A stretch of 64,000 nucleotides of DNA from an uncultured Syntrophaceae bacterium (GTDB lineage: Bacteria > Desulfobacterota > Syntrophia > Syntrophales > UBA2210). A model generated the notes under the pieces. That model had not been told where the DNA came from. It saw only the letters and a list, made by a program, of their open reading frames with translations, and did not search any database. Both the position numbers and the translations under genes were made by a program. Where the stretch lies: contig CAZSYH010000002.1 in assembly GCA_964610735.1 (NCBI GenBank), forward strand, positions 12,933 through 76,932. The letters are read 5' to 3'. Positions 1-9,856 of this stretch are shown in pieces (the first letter of the stretch is position 1; the number at the start of each line of letters is the position of its first letter).

Positions 1-100
1 AGGGAGTGAGATATCCAAGAGTTTCGTGGAGCCTCTCCGTGTTGTAGAAGTTAAAATAGATGGACAGAAGTGAACGTGCTTCTGAAACAGTCCGGTAATC

Positions 101-532
101 ATGGAGATAGATTTCTTCAAAAACTATAACGATAGCTACGGCCACCCCGCGGGAGATCAGGTGCTTTCCCAGATTGCAAACGTCTTCAAAAAACTGCTCA
201 ACAGGCCCACGGATCACTGCATGAGGACCGGCGGCGAAGAATTCTGTATAGTCTTTGCCGATTCGGACAAGGAAAAATCTATTGAATTCCTGGAGGAGAT
301 CAGGGTCGGGATAGAGGCGTTGAAGATTAAACACGAATACAGCGATGTACACCCGTATGTCACCGTTTCAGCGGGCGCTGTTGTCGGTTTCGGAACCGAC
401 ATCCCCGATAATGAGCGGCTCTACCGTCAGGCGGATGAGGCGCTCTACAAGGCGAAGGAGGAGAGGAACAAACTGGTAGTGACCGGGGAGGTACGATTAC
501 GGGGTCAGGCCTCACATTCGACAAAACAGTGA
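101..532 (+). CDS. GGDEF-domain fragment (diguanylate cyclase catalytic core), N-terminally truncated; possibly a gene remnant
   Basis: The ORF opens at MEIDFFKNYND, which is the DxDxFKxxND strand of a GGDEF domain. It has an RPTD I-site five residues before the GGEEF motif. Stops occur in all three forward frames within 1..100. Confidence 0.6.
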   Translation: MEIDFFKNYNDSYGHPAGDQVLSQIANVFKKLLNRPTDHCMRTGGEEFCIVFADSDKEKSIEFLEEIRVGIEALKIKHEYSDVHPYVTVSAGAVVGFGTDIPDNERLYRQADEALYKAKEERNKLVVTGEVRLRGQASHSTKQ

Positions 533-750
533 CAGCAACCATTTTTTTCTTTGTACAATATCATTACATCCCGTATTTCATCAAGCAGTTTTCTGTTTTT
601 AGAAGTACTTTCAGGCGTTGACGTATGGTGTGTCTCCTTTGATAAAAATAGTGTAACTGGTACATACTCAAGTCAATTTGAGCATTAACGGGTCGTAACG
701 GACAGAAACGGGCCTCCAGGATAACCTCCGTCAGTAAAAATTTGTGGCTT

Positions 751-1929
751 ATGAAAAATTTATCGTTGGCATTTCTTGTTATTCTAATCCTTACGGGATG
801 TTCCGCGTGGGATGCTGCCCGCGTAGCCAGGATAGCGGCTACCGGGGATATTGCGTCCGCCCAGCGAATGGCCGCGGAAAAGGCGGTCCGGTATGCCGCG
901 AACCCGAAGGCGCTGGATCGGGATATAAAGCACTTTCAGAAAGAGTTTGCGAAACTTGTTGAAACATTCAGAAAAGCTGTCGGAGGTGTCTGGGGAAAAG
1001 AAGAAATAAAAGAACCCGGACCCAGGGAATATGTCAAATACACTCAGAACTACCTTTCCCGTGCTTCGGTTGATTTTGACAGGGGGATAATCACTGTTGA
1101 AACTCTGGACCGGAAAGATCCATTAAAAAGCCTGAAAAATGCCATCATTACAACCCTGCTTACCCCTGACGATCCCCGAGCCGTGGACATTTATTCTGCC
1201 AGGTCTGTGAAGCTGGGTAAAATGCCTTTTCTCTATGGTGAAGTAAATGACCACGAGGGCAAAAATATTCGATGGTCCTGGCGGGCAGGATGTTTCGCCG
1301 ATTATCTCATCAAAAACAGGCTTCAGCCCAGGCAAATCAAAGCCGGTGATAAAACCAAAGACGTACCTTGTGTGATTATCCCGATGGTAAAAGATCACTG
1401 TGAAATACGGGCTCTGAAGTACAGGCCGCTCGTTGAACGTTTCGCAAAGGATCTTTCCATCAGCAGAAACCTTGTCTATGCCATTATTAAGACCGAAAGC
1501 GATTTCAATCCATACGCTGTGAGTAACGCTCCAGCATTTGGACTCATGCAAATCGTTCCCACGACTGCAGGACAAGACGCTCACAGGTTTTTGAATAATG
1601 TTGATGGCCTGCCCTCCAGGGAGTTTCTCCTTAATCCCGGGAACAATATTCAATATGGCACCGCTTACCTTCATCTCCTGTATTACAAATACCTGAGTGA
1701 TATTCAACACCCCGTATCCAGGGAATATTGTGTCATTGCCGCCTATAACACCGGCGCCGGCAATGTCCTGCGCACCTTTGACCCCGACAGGAACCTCGCG
1801 CGGCAACGCATAAACGAGATCGGCCCGCTCCAGGTATTCAAGACTCTTCAAACAAGACTGCCCCACGATGAAGCAAGAAGATATCTGGCAAAAGTAATGG
1901 ATGCCAAGAAAAAATTCGTGAAGTTTTAG
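751..1929 (+). CDS. mltC: Membrane-bound lytic murein transglycosylase C (lipoprotein)
   Basis: Lipobox LILTGC. MltC N-domain pattern YVKYTQNY..DFDRGIITVET..PFLYGEV. SLT catalytic motif TESDFNPYAVSNAPAFGLMQI and AYNTGAGNV. ATG 751 preferred over the TTG at 742. Confidence 0.9.
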   Translation: MKNLSLAFLVILILTGCSAWDAARVARIAATGDIASAQRMAAEKAVRYAANPKALDRDIKHFQKEFAKLVETFRKAVGGVWGKEEIKEPGPREYVKYTQNYLSRASVDFDRGIITVETLDRKDPLKSLKNAIITTLLTPDDPRAVDIYSARSVKLGKMPFLYGEVNDHEGKNIRWSWRAGCFADYLIKNRLQPRQIKAGDKTKDVPCVIIPMVKDHCEIRALKYRPLVERFAKDLSISRNLVYAIIKTESDFNPYAVSNAPAFGLMQIVPTTAGQDAHRFLNNVDGLPSREFLLNPGNNIQYGTAYLHLLYYKYLSDIQHPVSREYCVIAAYNTGAGNVLRTFDPDRNLARQRINEIGPLQVFKTLQTRLPHDEARRYLAKVMDAKKKFVKF

Positions 1930-2076
1930 CCCCTGTTGATTTTCACAAAAAAGTTGACAGAGCCTGATAAAGGCCATAGTGTAATTTCATTCTCGGGAGT
2001 GACAGAGAAGTGGGAGTAATATTCTTCTCGGCTGATCATCGAACGAGTAGCTAGAACATTTGAGGAGGGAAGTTAT

Positions 2077-3264
2077 ATGCAACATGATAGTGACGTGGTG
2101 ATTGTAAGTGCGTGCAGAACACCACTCGGAACGTTTCAGGGCGGCCTGAGTAAAATTCCGGCTACAGAGCTCGGCGCCGTTGTCATTAAAGAAGCGATAA
2201 AAAGGGCAGGCCTTCAGCAGGAAGATATCGACGAGGTCATTATGGGTATGGTTCTCCCCTGCGGATACGGCCAAAACCCGGCGAGACAGGCCTCCATCAA
2301 GGCGGATATTCCCTTCGAGAAGTGCGCGATCACCGTCAATAAGGTATGCGGTTCCGGTCTTATGGCAGTGATGCTGGCGGCACAGTATGTCCAGACAGGT
2401 TTTGCGGATCTTGTGGTAGCCGGAGGCATGGAAAATATGAGCGCGGCACCGCATTATCTCCCCGATTCGCGTCTCGGGATTCGAATGGGAACGGGCAGTC
2501 TTATTGATCATATGGTTCACGACGGACTCTGGGATGTCGTTAATGATTTTCATATGGGTTTCACAAACGACATTATTTCAGAAGAATGGAAGGTCAGCAG
2601 AGAGGATCAGGATGCATTTGCCTGTGAATCCTACAGACGGGCAACTGAAGCAGTCGAAAAGGGAACTTTTGTCGAGGAAATCGTGCCCGTCGCATCTCAG
2701 GATCGACGAAAGGGACCCATTATCATCGACACCGATGAAGGCCCCAGGTTTACCGGCGTGGAACTCCTTTCTAAAATGAACCCTGCCTTCCAGAAAGAGG
2801 GCTACGCGACCGCCGGGAATTCCGCCATCATCAGCGACGGGGCGTCGGCCCTTGTGGTAACATCCCGCAAAACAGCGCAGGAGCGGGGTCTTCCTGTTCT
2901 CGCGAAAATTTATGCATACGGAGCAGCCGGAATCAAGCTTGAGCATGTCCTCATGGCTCCCATCAATTCTATTCCGAAGACACTTAAGAAGGCGGGCCTT
3001 CAAATAGCCGATATTGATTTGCATGAAATCAACGAGGCCTTTTCGGGATCAACCGTTGCCATCATGAGAACCCTCGGTATCGACCACGAAAAGGTAAATG
3101 TAAACGGCGGTGCGGTTGCACTTGGTCATCCGATTGGCGCGTCGGGCGCCCGGGTTCTGACAACACTCATCCATGAAATGAGGCGGCAAAACCTTGAGAT
3201 GGGACAGGCTTCGCTCTGCCTGGGTGGCGGTGAAGCAGTCACCATGATTATCGAAATGGAGTAA
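2077..3264 (+). CDS. Acetyl-CoA C-acetyltransferase (thiolase II)
   Basis: VIVSACRTPLGTFQGG N-terminus, active-site NKVCGSGL, and C-terminal NGGAVALGHPIGASGAR and CLGGGEA thiolase signatures; 395 aa. Confidence 0.92.
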   Translation: MQHDSDVVIVSACRTPLGTFQGGLSKIPATELGAVVIKEAIKRAGLQQEDIDEVIMGMVLPCGYGQNPARQASIKADIPFEKCAITVNKVCGSGLMAVMLAAQYVQTGFADLVVAGGMENMSAAPHYLPDSRLGIRMGTGSLIDHMVHDGLWDVVNDFHMGFTNDIISEEWKVSREDQDAFACESYRRATEAVEKGTFVEEIVPVASQDRRKGPIIIDTDEGPRFTGVELLSKMNPAFQKEGYATAGNSAIISDGASALVVTSRKTAQERGLPVLAKIYAYGAAGIKLEHVLMAPINSIPKTLKKAGLQIADIDLHEINEAFSGSTVAIMRTLGIDHEKVNVNGGAVALGHPIGASGARVLTTLIHEMRRQNLEMGQASLCLGGGEAVTMIIEME

Positions 3265-3268
3265 TATT

Positions 3269-3820
3269 ATGCCTAAAAAAGAAAAAAATCTGGGATCTTT
3301 TGGCCAGAGAATACAGACATTGCGGGAAAAACAGGGCTTGAGCCTGGAGGAACTGGCTCATGAGACAGGCTATCCTCCCGATATATTGAAAAAAATAGAA
3401 GCTGACGATACTGTCCCCCCCGTGTCACTGGTAATACAACTCAGTCATATTTTCAAGATAGATGTTGACCAGCTTGAGAGCGTGGAAGAAAAAAAAGCCT
3501 CCCGACGACGGGTCAAGAGTCACAAAAAGCGGGTGGATTCCTACGCGTATACCTCCCTGTCCCGTCCTGGTTCAGATAAGCATCTGAGGGCATATCTTGT
3601 GACGATTGATCCTGAAACACAGCATAAGGGTGTTGAGTACCACCACGAAGGTGAAGAGTTCGTCTATGTCTTAAAGGGCGGCCTTACAATCCAAATTGGG
3701 GATAACGTGACAAAACTGGAAGATGGCGGGTACATTCATTTTAATTCCGCCCTCCATCATAAATTGAGCAACCCCACAAAAGAGACCACTGAGCTTCTGG
3801 TTATTGTCTATATTCCATAG
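3269..3820 (+). CDS. XRE-family HTH transcriptional regulator with C-terminal cupin domain
   Basis: N-terminal HTH (IQTLREKQGLSLEELAHETG) and C-terminal cupin pattern (HHHEGEEFVYVLKG ... IHFNSALHHKLSN). Confidence 0.8.
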   Translation: MPKKEKNLGSFGQRIQTLREKQGLSLEELAHETGYPPDILKKIEADDTVPPVSLVIQLSHIFKIDVDQLESVEEKKASRRRVKSHKKRVDSYAYTSLSRPGSDKHLRAYLVTIDPETQHKGVEYHHEGEEFVYVLKGGLTIQIGDNVTKLEDGGYIHFNSALHHKLSNPTKETTELLVIVYIP

Positions 3821-3832
3821 GAGGACTACACC

Positions 3833-4981
3833 TTGTTTCAACTGACAAGCGAACAGGAAATGGTCAGATTGATGGCCAGGAACTTTGCGAAAAAAGAGCT
3901 CGAACCCTATGCATGTGAACGGGATAAGAATGAAACATTCCCCGCGGAAGTAATCAGGAAAATGGGTGAGCTCGGCCTTATGGGTATGATGATTCCTCCA
4001 GAATATGGGGGTTCCGGCGCGGGAACAGTGAGTTATTCACTCGCACTGCAGGAAATTGCTTATGCCTGCGCTTCTACGGCCGTCACTATGTCCGTGGCGA
4101 ACCTCTCAACGGAACCTCTCCTTCATTTCGGCAACGAAGAACAGAAACAAAAATACTTGCTACCTCTTGCCTCCGGTGAAAAACTCGGCGCCTTCGCGAT
4201 TACGGAACCGGATGCCGGTTCTGATCCAGGCAGCATGGTAACCAGTGCCGAGGAAAAAGATGACCATTATCTTATCAACGGGAGAAAAATCTTCATCACC
4301 AACGGCAGTTATGCCGATGTTATTAATCTGATCGCGCGCACCGACCCTCAAAAGGGCAATCGAGGGCTATCGGCTTTTCTCATCGAAAAAGGGATGTCTG
4401 GCTTTTCCATCGGGAAGAAAGAAGAGAAACTGGGCCTTCACGCATCAGACACGGTTGAACTTATCTTTGATGATTGTATAGTTCCAAAGGAAAATTTACT
4501 GGGAAAGAAAGGCCAGGGCTTCAAGATTGCCATGACCGCTCTGGACAGTGGCCGCATCGGAATCGCATCACAATCACTGGGAATTGCGCGGGCATGCCTG
4601 GACGAGGCCGTCAGCTATTCTCAAGATCGCAGGCAATTCGGCAGGGCGATCAGCGCCTTTCAGGCGATACAGTGGATGATAGCCGATATGGCCACCCAGA
4701 TTGAAGCGGCATACTGGCTTGCACTGTCAGCGGCCAACCGGAAAGACCTGGGGGTTCCCTTCACAAGAGAGGCGTCCATGGCAAAACTCTTTGCCTCTGA
4801 GCTGGCGAACAGGGCCGCGTACAAGGCCCTTCAAATTCACGGGGGATATGGCTATATGTCGGACTATAAAATAGCACGTCTCTACCGTGACGCGCGAGTT
4901 ACCACTATTTATGAAGGAAGCTCGGAAGTTCAACGGATTGTCATTGCCAGGGAAACCTTAGGGCGTGGAAGCAACCATTGA
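3833..4981 (+). CDS. Acyl-CoA dehydrogenase (short/medium-chain type)
   Basis: GAFAITEPDAGSDP, FITNG, and C-terminal IYEGSSEVQR motifs; 382 aa. TTG start lies 8 nt after AGGAGG. Confidence 0.9.
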   Translation: MFQLTSEQEMVRLMARNFAKKELEPYACERDKNETFPAEVIRKMGELGLMGMMIPPEYGGSGAGTVSYSLALQEIAYACASTAVTMSVANLSTEPLLHFGNEEQKQKYLLPLASGEKLGAFAITEPDAGSDPGSMVTSAEEKDDHYLINGRKIFITNGSYADVINLIARTDPQKGNRGLSAFLIEKGMSGFSIGKKEEKLGLHASDTVELIFDDCIVPKENLLGKKGQGFKIAMTALDSGRIGIASQSLGIARACLDEAVSYSQDRRQFGRAISAFQAIQWMIADMATQIEAAYWLALSAANRKDLGVPFTREASMAKLFASELANRAAYKALQIHGGYGYMSDYKIARLYRDARVTTIYEGSSEVQRIVIARETLGRGSNH

Positions 4982-4994
4982 AAGGTGTTGCCGG

Positions 4995-5549
4995 ATGAGC
5001 GACCATATCGAAAAAGGAACGAAGAAACAAGACCGGGGCCTTGTAATGGTCCTGACCGGGGACGGAAAGGGGAAAACTACATCGGCGCTCGGGCAGGCCC
5101 TCCGGGCACTTGGCCATGGCTTCAAGGTTTATATGATCCAGTTTATGAAGGGGAGAAAATATGGCGAGGTGCTTGCCGCTGAAAAGCATCTTCCCGGTTT
5201 GACCGTTGCGCAATTCGGTCTCGACAGCTTTGTCATGAGGGACAACCCCGCGCCCGTGGATATCGAACTGGCACAGGAAGGGCTGGAGAGCGCACAAGAA
5301 ATCATTGCTTCCAATGCGTACGACATGGTGATACTCGACGAAATTAACGTGGCCATTGATTTTAAACTGATATCGCTGGCCTCCGTATTGGAGCTGATTA
5401 AGAATAAACCCATGGAGCTGACCCTGATCCTCACCGGAAGGTATGCCCCACCTGAGATTGTCGAGATGGCCGATATGGTAAGCGAAGTAAAAGAGATAAA
5501 ACATCACTATGCCTCCGGCATAAAAAACCGTGCAGGTATCGAGTATTAG
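4995..5549 (+). CDS. cobO: ATP:cob(I)alamin (cob(I)yrinic acid a,c-diamide) adenosyltransferase, CobO/BtuR type
   Basis: TGDGKGKTTSALG P-loop, MIQFMKG and ILDEIN motifs. ATG 4995 preferred because the ORF-track start at 4965 lies inside the preceding gene. Confidence 0.85.
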   Translation: MSDHIEKGTKKQDRGLVMVLTGDGKGKTTSALGQALRALGHGFKVYMIQFMKGRKYGEVLAAEKHLPGLTVAQFGLDSFVMRDNPAPVDIELAQEGLESAQEIIASNAYDMVILDEINVAIDFKLISLASVLELIKNKPMELTLILTGRYAPPEIVEMADMVSEVKEIKHHYASGIKNRAGIEY

Positions 5550-5632
5550 GAATAAAGGGATCCTCTGCCAGAACGGGCGTCGTGATTCAATGCCGTGTGT
5601 ACGAGAGCCCACTGTCGTTACACATCAACAGG

Positions 5633-7864
5633 CTATTCCATTTCAGCTTTCAAACGGGTTACATGATCCAGCGTTTTTTGAGATCCGTTTCCCACGGATC
5701 TGAGTACAGCCAGAATTTTTTCCTTGTCGACATGGTCTCTGTCGATGAGTCCCGCCATTTCTGATATATCCATCGTAAAAACACGAAACCGATCAAACAG
5801 ATCATCCCTCAGATCATTGGAAACCATATCGACAAATTTGAAAAGGTACTGAAATTTAAGGTTTTCTTTGTAGTCACCCAGATGAAATATGATTGATCTC
5901 TCCGTCTCCTGCTTTAGCCTCCTCACGCCATCTCTCAAGGCGAGGATCCCCACCTCTTTTTTGTTTTGAATCTGCCGTCTGAACAGTTTTTTTATAATCT
6001 TGGCAACATTGTAGAATCCCAGACGCATGACGGCCTCGGCACGAACCCTGGCAGTGTACCGGAGCGGTGAAACGAGAGGCGGAACATTGAGACCGGCCCT
6101 CTTCCTCAGGTCTTCGATGTCGATTGCCCGCTTTACCCCCGGTGTGTACTCTACCGAAGAGATGCCCAGGTTTTTTGCCGTCTCTTTATATCTCTGAAGA
6201 GTATCGCGAACCAGTGCATCATACGAACCGGAGGTCTTGTCGAGAGAGTTGAAAATCTTCTTCTCTTCCTGTCTTATAAACTGTATCAACCGAGGATTGA
6301 CCGTCTCCGCCATAAAAAAATCAAGGTCATGTTTAAAATCCTGGAACAGCATATACAGGGCCGTAGAAAATCCCATTCCCTCAAGATCATTCTCATTTCT
6401 TTCATAATTGGGTTCGTATTTTCTCACAAACCCTTGTATGTTATTGATCACGGGCCCATAGCGAATATCCATGAATCCATCCACCTCTTTGCCGATCTCA
6501 TTCTTTGTCTTGCGCGATGCGCCGTCCATGGTGTCTTTTATTACCGGATTCAGATCCTTCAACTGTCTGCGGGCATTTTCCATCTTCTCAAAGACAGCCC
6601 CGGCTTCCTTCGAATCTCTTGTCAGAATGTCGCTGTTGACACCAGCCCAATCCTTCAGGGATGCCATCATAACTGCAACCCGCTCCAGGGGGTTCTTCAA
6701 CAGAAGTGTAAATCTGTCCCGCGTAAGCTTCTCCCGAAATACAGACTCAAATCTCTCGCTCTCCTGATCTGAAAATCCAGCAAACTCTTTTTCGCCTTGC
6801 CACTGCTCCAATTTGGCTCTGTCTCTGCGGGATACATCCTTCATCTTCCTGAGAAGATTAAATAATGTGGAAATCGTAAATATTGTGGGATCAGGTTTTA
6901 TTACCGATATTTCCTCTTCTATTCTCCCGACAAGAGCTGTAAGCCCCTCTATGCTTTCATGTTCATTGAAATCACAGTTTATGACAAAGAATATGTTCTC
7001 CATAAGCCCCATTTTTCTGATCATGGAGAGAAATTTTATATCCGCCTGTCTCACACCCGTTCGGCTACTCAGGAGGTAAATGATAAGATGGGTGCGGAGA
7101 AGATATTCCTGGGTCATTGAAAGGTGCAGGGGATTGGGGGAATCGCTTCCCTGGCAATCCGCTATCTCAATGTTATCATACAGTTCTTCTGCCGAAGGAA
7201 TCCGCAATTCAAGGTTTCTCAGATAGATCGCGAGAGAATCATCGCCCACAAAATCCTTGTGCCTGACAAATTCCGAACCATCAAATCTCCTCGTCCTGGC
7301 ATCAAGAGAGATTATATTCTTTACGTGTTCATACCCCTTAAGATAAGCCATAAGCAGCATGTTGTTGACATCAAGAGTCTCCTGTAAAATGATATTCTCC
7401 GAGCCGAGCGCCTTTAGAGCCCTCTCCAACCCCTTCCGGTCCCCTCCACGCCTTATGTCGAACTGCCCGTCACCGGAACCCCTGTCGAAAGCGGGGAGAA
7501 ATACCATTGCCTGCCGCATATCCGCGTTTACATCATCCCATGTCTTGAAATCGAGAATCGCCTTCAAGGCTGGGCCCCTTCGTGTCTTTGTCACGATAGA
7601 TGTTACTACGCCAGCCCCTCGCTTGAGATAATCCCCGCCCAAAAAGGCATTTACGAACGTACTCTTCCCCGATTTTATGGCCCCCACCACGGCTATCCGC
7701 AGTATACCCTCATCTACTTGCGCCTCTATGGAACCGCTCATTTTTTCCCATTCATCGAAAGGGAGACTCGATATACCGGGAAGCTCCCCCGCTGCATCAA
7801 AAAGAGTCTTGATCTCTCTGTTTATATGGAAAAGCTCATTTTTCATCGAATCAAATGTTTTCAT
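5633..7864 (-). CDS. Bacterial dynamin-like GTPase
   Basis: P-loop GAIKSGKSTFVNAFLG, a DxxG switch (IADCQGSDSP), and a long helical C-terminal region; 743 aa. Confidence 0.8.
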   Translation of the reverse strand: MKTFDSMKNELFHINREIKTLFDAAGELPGISSLPFDEWEKMSGSIEAQVDEGILRIAVVGAIKSGKSTFVNAFLGGDYLKRGAGVVTSIVTKTRRGPALKAILDFKTWDDVNADMRQAMVFLPAFDRGSGDGQFDIRRGGDRKGLERALKALGSENIILQETLDVNNMLLMAYLKGYEHVKNIISLDARTRRFDGSEFVRHKDFVGDDSLAIYLRNLELRIPSAEELYDNIEIADCQGSDSPNPLHLSMTQEYLLRTHLIIYLLSSRTGVRQADIKFLSMIRKMGLMENIFFVINCDFNEHESIEGLTALVGRIEEEISVIKPDPTIFTISTLFNLLRKMKDVSRRDRAKLEQWQGEKEFAGFSDQESERFESVFREKLTRDRFTLLLKNPLERVAVMMASLKDWAGVNSDILTRDSKEAGAVFEKMENARRQLKDLNPVIKDTMDGASRKTKNEIGKEVDGFMDIRYGPVINNIQGFVRKYEPNYERNENDLEGMGFSTALYMLFQDFKHDLDFFMAETVNPRLIQFIRQEEKKIFNSLDKTSGSYDALVRDTLQRYKETAKNLGISSVEYTPGVKRAIDIEDLRKRAGLNVPPLVSPLRYTARVRAEAVMRLGFYNVAKIIKKLFRRQIQNKKEVGILALRDGVRRLKQETERSIIFHLGDYKENLKFQYLFKFVDMVSNDLRDDLFDRFRVFTMDISEMAGLIDRDHVDKEKILAVLRSVGNGSQKTLDHVTRLKAEME

Positions 7865-7873
7865 TAGACGCCT

Positions 7874-8446
7874 CTATCCAATAATAATATCCTCAAGCGC
7901 ACGCTTCGGCACATGATGAACGCTATCACTATCTCTCCAGTAGGTTGTATCACCGGAAGGGGGAACCTCCGCTATTACTACTTTCTCCTTCGGCCTGCCG
8001 AGGGCCACGACAAGCGCTATTTCGCAACTGTCCGGAATGATGAGCTTTCCCCGAAGCTGTTCACGTTTTACCGAAGCTAACATACAGCCCCCCAGCCCCT
8101 TTTCCACCGCTCCAAGAAGTATGCTCTGGGCCGTTATTCCAACATCATACTTTACATAGGGATTGCTCAATCCCTTATCTTCCAGTATGATTATATACGC
8201 AGACGGTCGTTCTCCCTCGGAAGGCCCCGGCCAATCTTTCAGAGAAGCGGCCCAGGCAAGAGTTGAAAACACTATCGCATTCCTGCCGGGGTCGCAGGAC
8301 AACACGTATTTCAGCGGCTGTTTATTGCCTGCCGACGCGCTCAGCCTGGCAAGATCGACAAGTTCCCTCAATGTATCAAGATCCACGGGAAAATCCTGGT
8401 GAAAACGCCGATAACTCCTGTTTTTTGTTACCAGATCTCTTATCAT
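7874..8446 (-). CDS. Nitroreductase-family protein
   Basis: N-terminal NRSYRRF motif and a 190-aa nitroreductase-type sequence. Lies 9 nt upstream of the dynamin-like gene on the same strand. Confidence 0.8.
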   Translation of the reverse strand: MIRDLVTKNRSYRRFHQDFPVDLDTLRELVDLARLSASAGNKQPLKYVLSCDPGRNAIVFSTLAWAASLKDWPGPSEGERPSAYIIILEDKGLSNPYVKYDVGITAQSILLGAVEKGLGGCMLASVKREQLRGKLIIPDSCEIALVVALGRPKEKVVIAEVPPSGDTTYWRDSDSVHHVPKRALEDIIIG

Positions 8447-8730
8447 TTTTCCTTCCTTTCATTGATGTTCTCCGGTTATCATCCGGGCGATTTTTTAGAA
8501 GGCGTTAATACTAAAACATAAACCATTTAATCTCAAGAGAGTTTAATGTTTTAGCATTCACTTCATCTCTCTTGTCCTTCCCGCGAATCGTACCCTCGAC
8601 GCCCCCCCTTCTGGTCGGAAAGAGAAATATCAGGAAAAATGATAAGCTCTCCTACTACTTTTAAATATTATTTGACTAAATATCGTTATCGTGGCAGGCT
8701 GAGTTTCCCACAAATACATCTGTCTCAGGG

Positions 8731-9486
8731 GTGAAGCATACCATGAATGCTCTGTTGCGCATATTCAAGGTTCTCTGGGTTTCCTTCTGGCTAGGATTTG
8801 CCACCGTTGTAGTATTTATTCCGATTGTTGTGTCTGCCTCGCTGAGTTCCACGGGAAATCTTGCGTTTACTATTTCAAGGGTGTGGGCGTGGTTAATGCT
8901 GAAGGTAACATGGGTAAGCCTTAAGAGCAGAGGCAACGAGAATATCCGGCAAGGTCAGTCATATATAATAATATCGAATCACCAATCGCTCTTTGACATC
9001 CTCGCCCTCGTAGTAGAACTTGGCATCCAGTTTCGCTGGATCATCAAAAAGGAACTCCGCAAGGTGCCGCTCTTCGGATTTGCCCTCTACAAATCGAGGA
9101 ACATATTTATAGATCGCTCCGACAGGCAGAAGGCGGTAAGAAGTATCAGTGCAGGGATAAAACGTCTTTCCCTGGGTGTTAGTGTCATGTTTTTTGCCGA
9201 AGGCACGAGGTCACCCGATGGAGAGATACATAAATTTAAAAAGGGAGGATTCGCGACGGCTGTGGAAAGCGGTCTTCCTATTCTTCCGGTAACAGTAAAT
9301 GGCAGCAGAAAGATTCTTCCGAAAAAAGCCCTCGCGTTCAACCCGGGGGGTATAGAGTTGGTCATAGGAAAACCTGTTGTCACGGAACACTATACTCACG
9401 ACAACTTGGAAGATCTTATGGACAAGACCAGAAACATTATCGTTGCCAATTTTAATCCTGATTATCCCGAAAGAGCAACGTCATGA
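8731..9486 (+). CDS. plsC: 1-acyl-sn-glycerol-3-phosphate acyltransferase
   Basis: HX4D motif NHQSLFD, FAEGTRS motif, and an N-terminal TM helix. Alternative ATG start at 8743. Confidence 0.85.
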   Translation: MKHTMNALLRIFKVLWVSFWLGFATVVVFIPIVVSASLSSTGNLAFTISRVWAWLMLKVTWVSLKSRGNENIRQGQSYIIISNHQSLFDILALVVELGIQFRWIIKKELRKVPLFGFALYKSRNIFIDRSDRQKAVRSISAGIKRLSLGVSVMFFAEGTRSPDGEIHKFKKGGFATAVESGLPILPVTVNGSRKILPKKALAFNPGGIELVIGKPVVTEHYTHDNLEDLMDKTRNIIVANFNPDYPERATS

Positions 9487-9845
9487 AGATATCGGCAAAA
9501 GCCGCCCTTCTGTCAGGGTTTGCATTCCCGGGAGCAGGACAGATTTACCTGAAACGATTCCGGAGGGGCGTCACTATAATGATTCTTGCCTCTTCAGGGA
9601 TTGGGGTCATTGTCTGGATGGCCACTGTCAGAGCGCTCTCTGTTCTCAAGAGGATACAGAATCAGCTGGATCAGGTCGATATGGCCACCATATCGAATGT
9701 AGCGCTGGCCGCCTCAGCGAATCATACATCAATATATTACAAACCCATTTTACTGTTTATAGTTTGCTGCTGGCTCTTTTCTGTAATAGACGCTTACAGG
9801 ATAGGTAAAACGAGGGAATATTTAGAAAAAACTCAGGGGATTTGA
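9483..9845 (+). CDS. Small integral membrane protein, function unknown
   Basis: Three predicted hydrophobic helices. Start overlaps the plsC stop (ATGA). No motif recognised. Confidence 0.5.
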   Translation: MKISAKAALLSGFAFPGAGQIYLKRFRRGVTIMILASSGIGVIVWMATVRALSVLKRIQNQLDQVDMATISNVALAASANHTSIYYKPILLFIVCCWLFSVIDAYRIGKTREYLEKTQGI

Positions 9846-9856
9846 GGTAGCGATCA

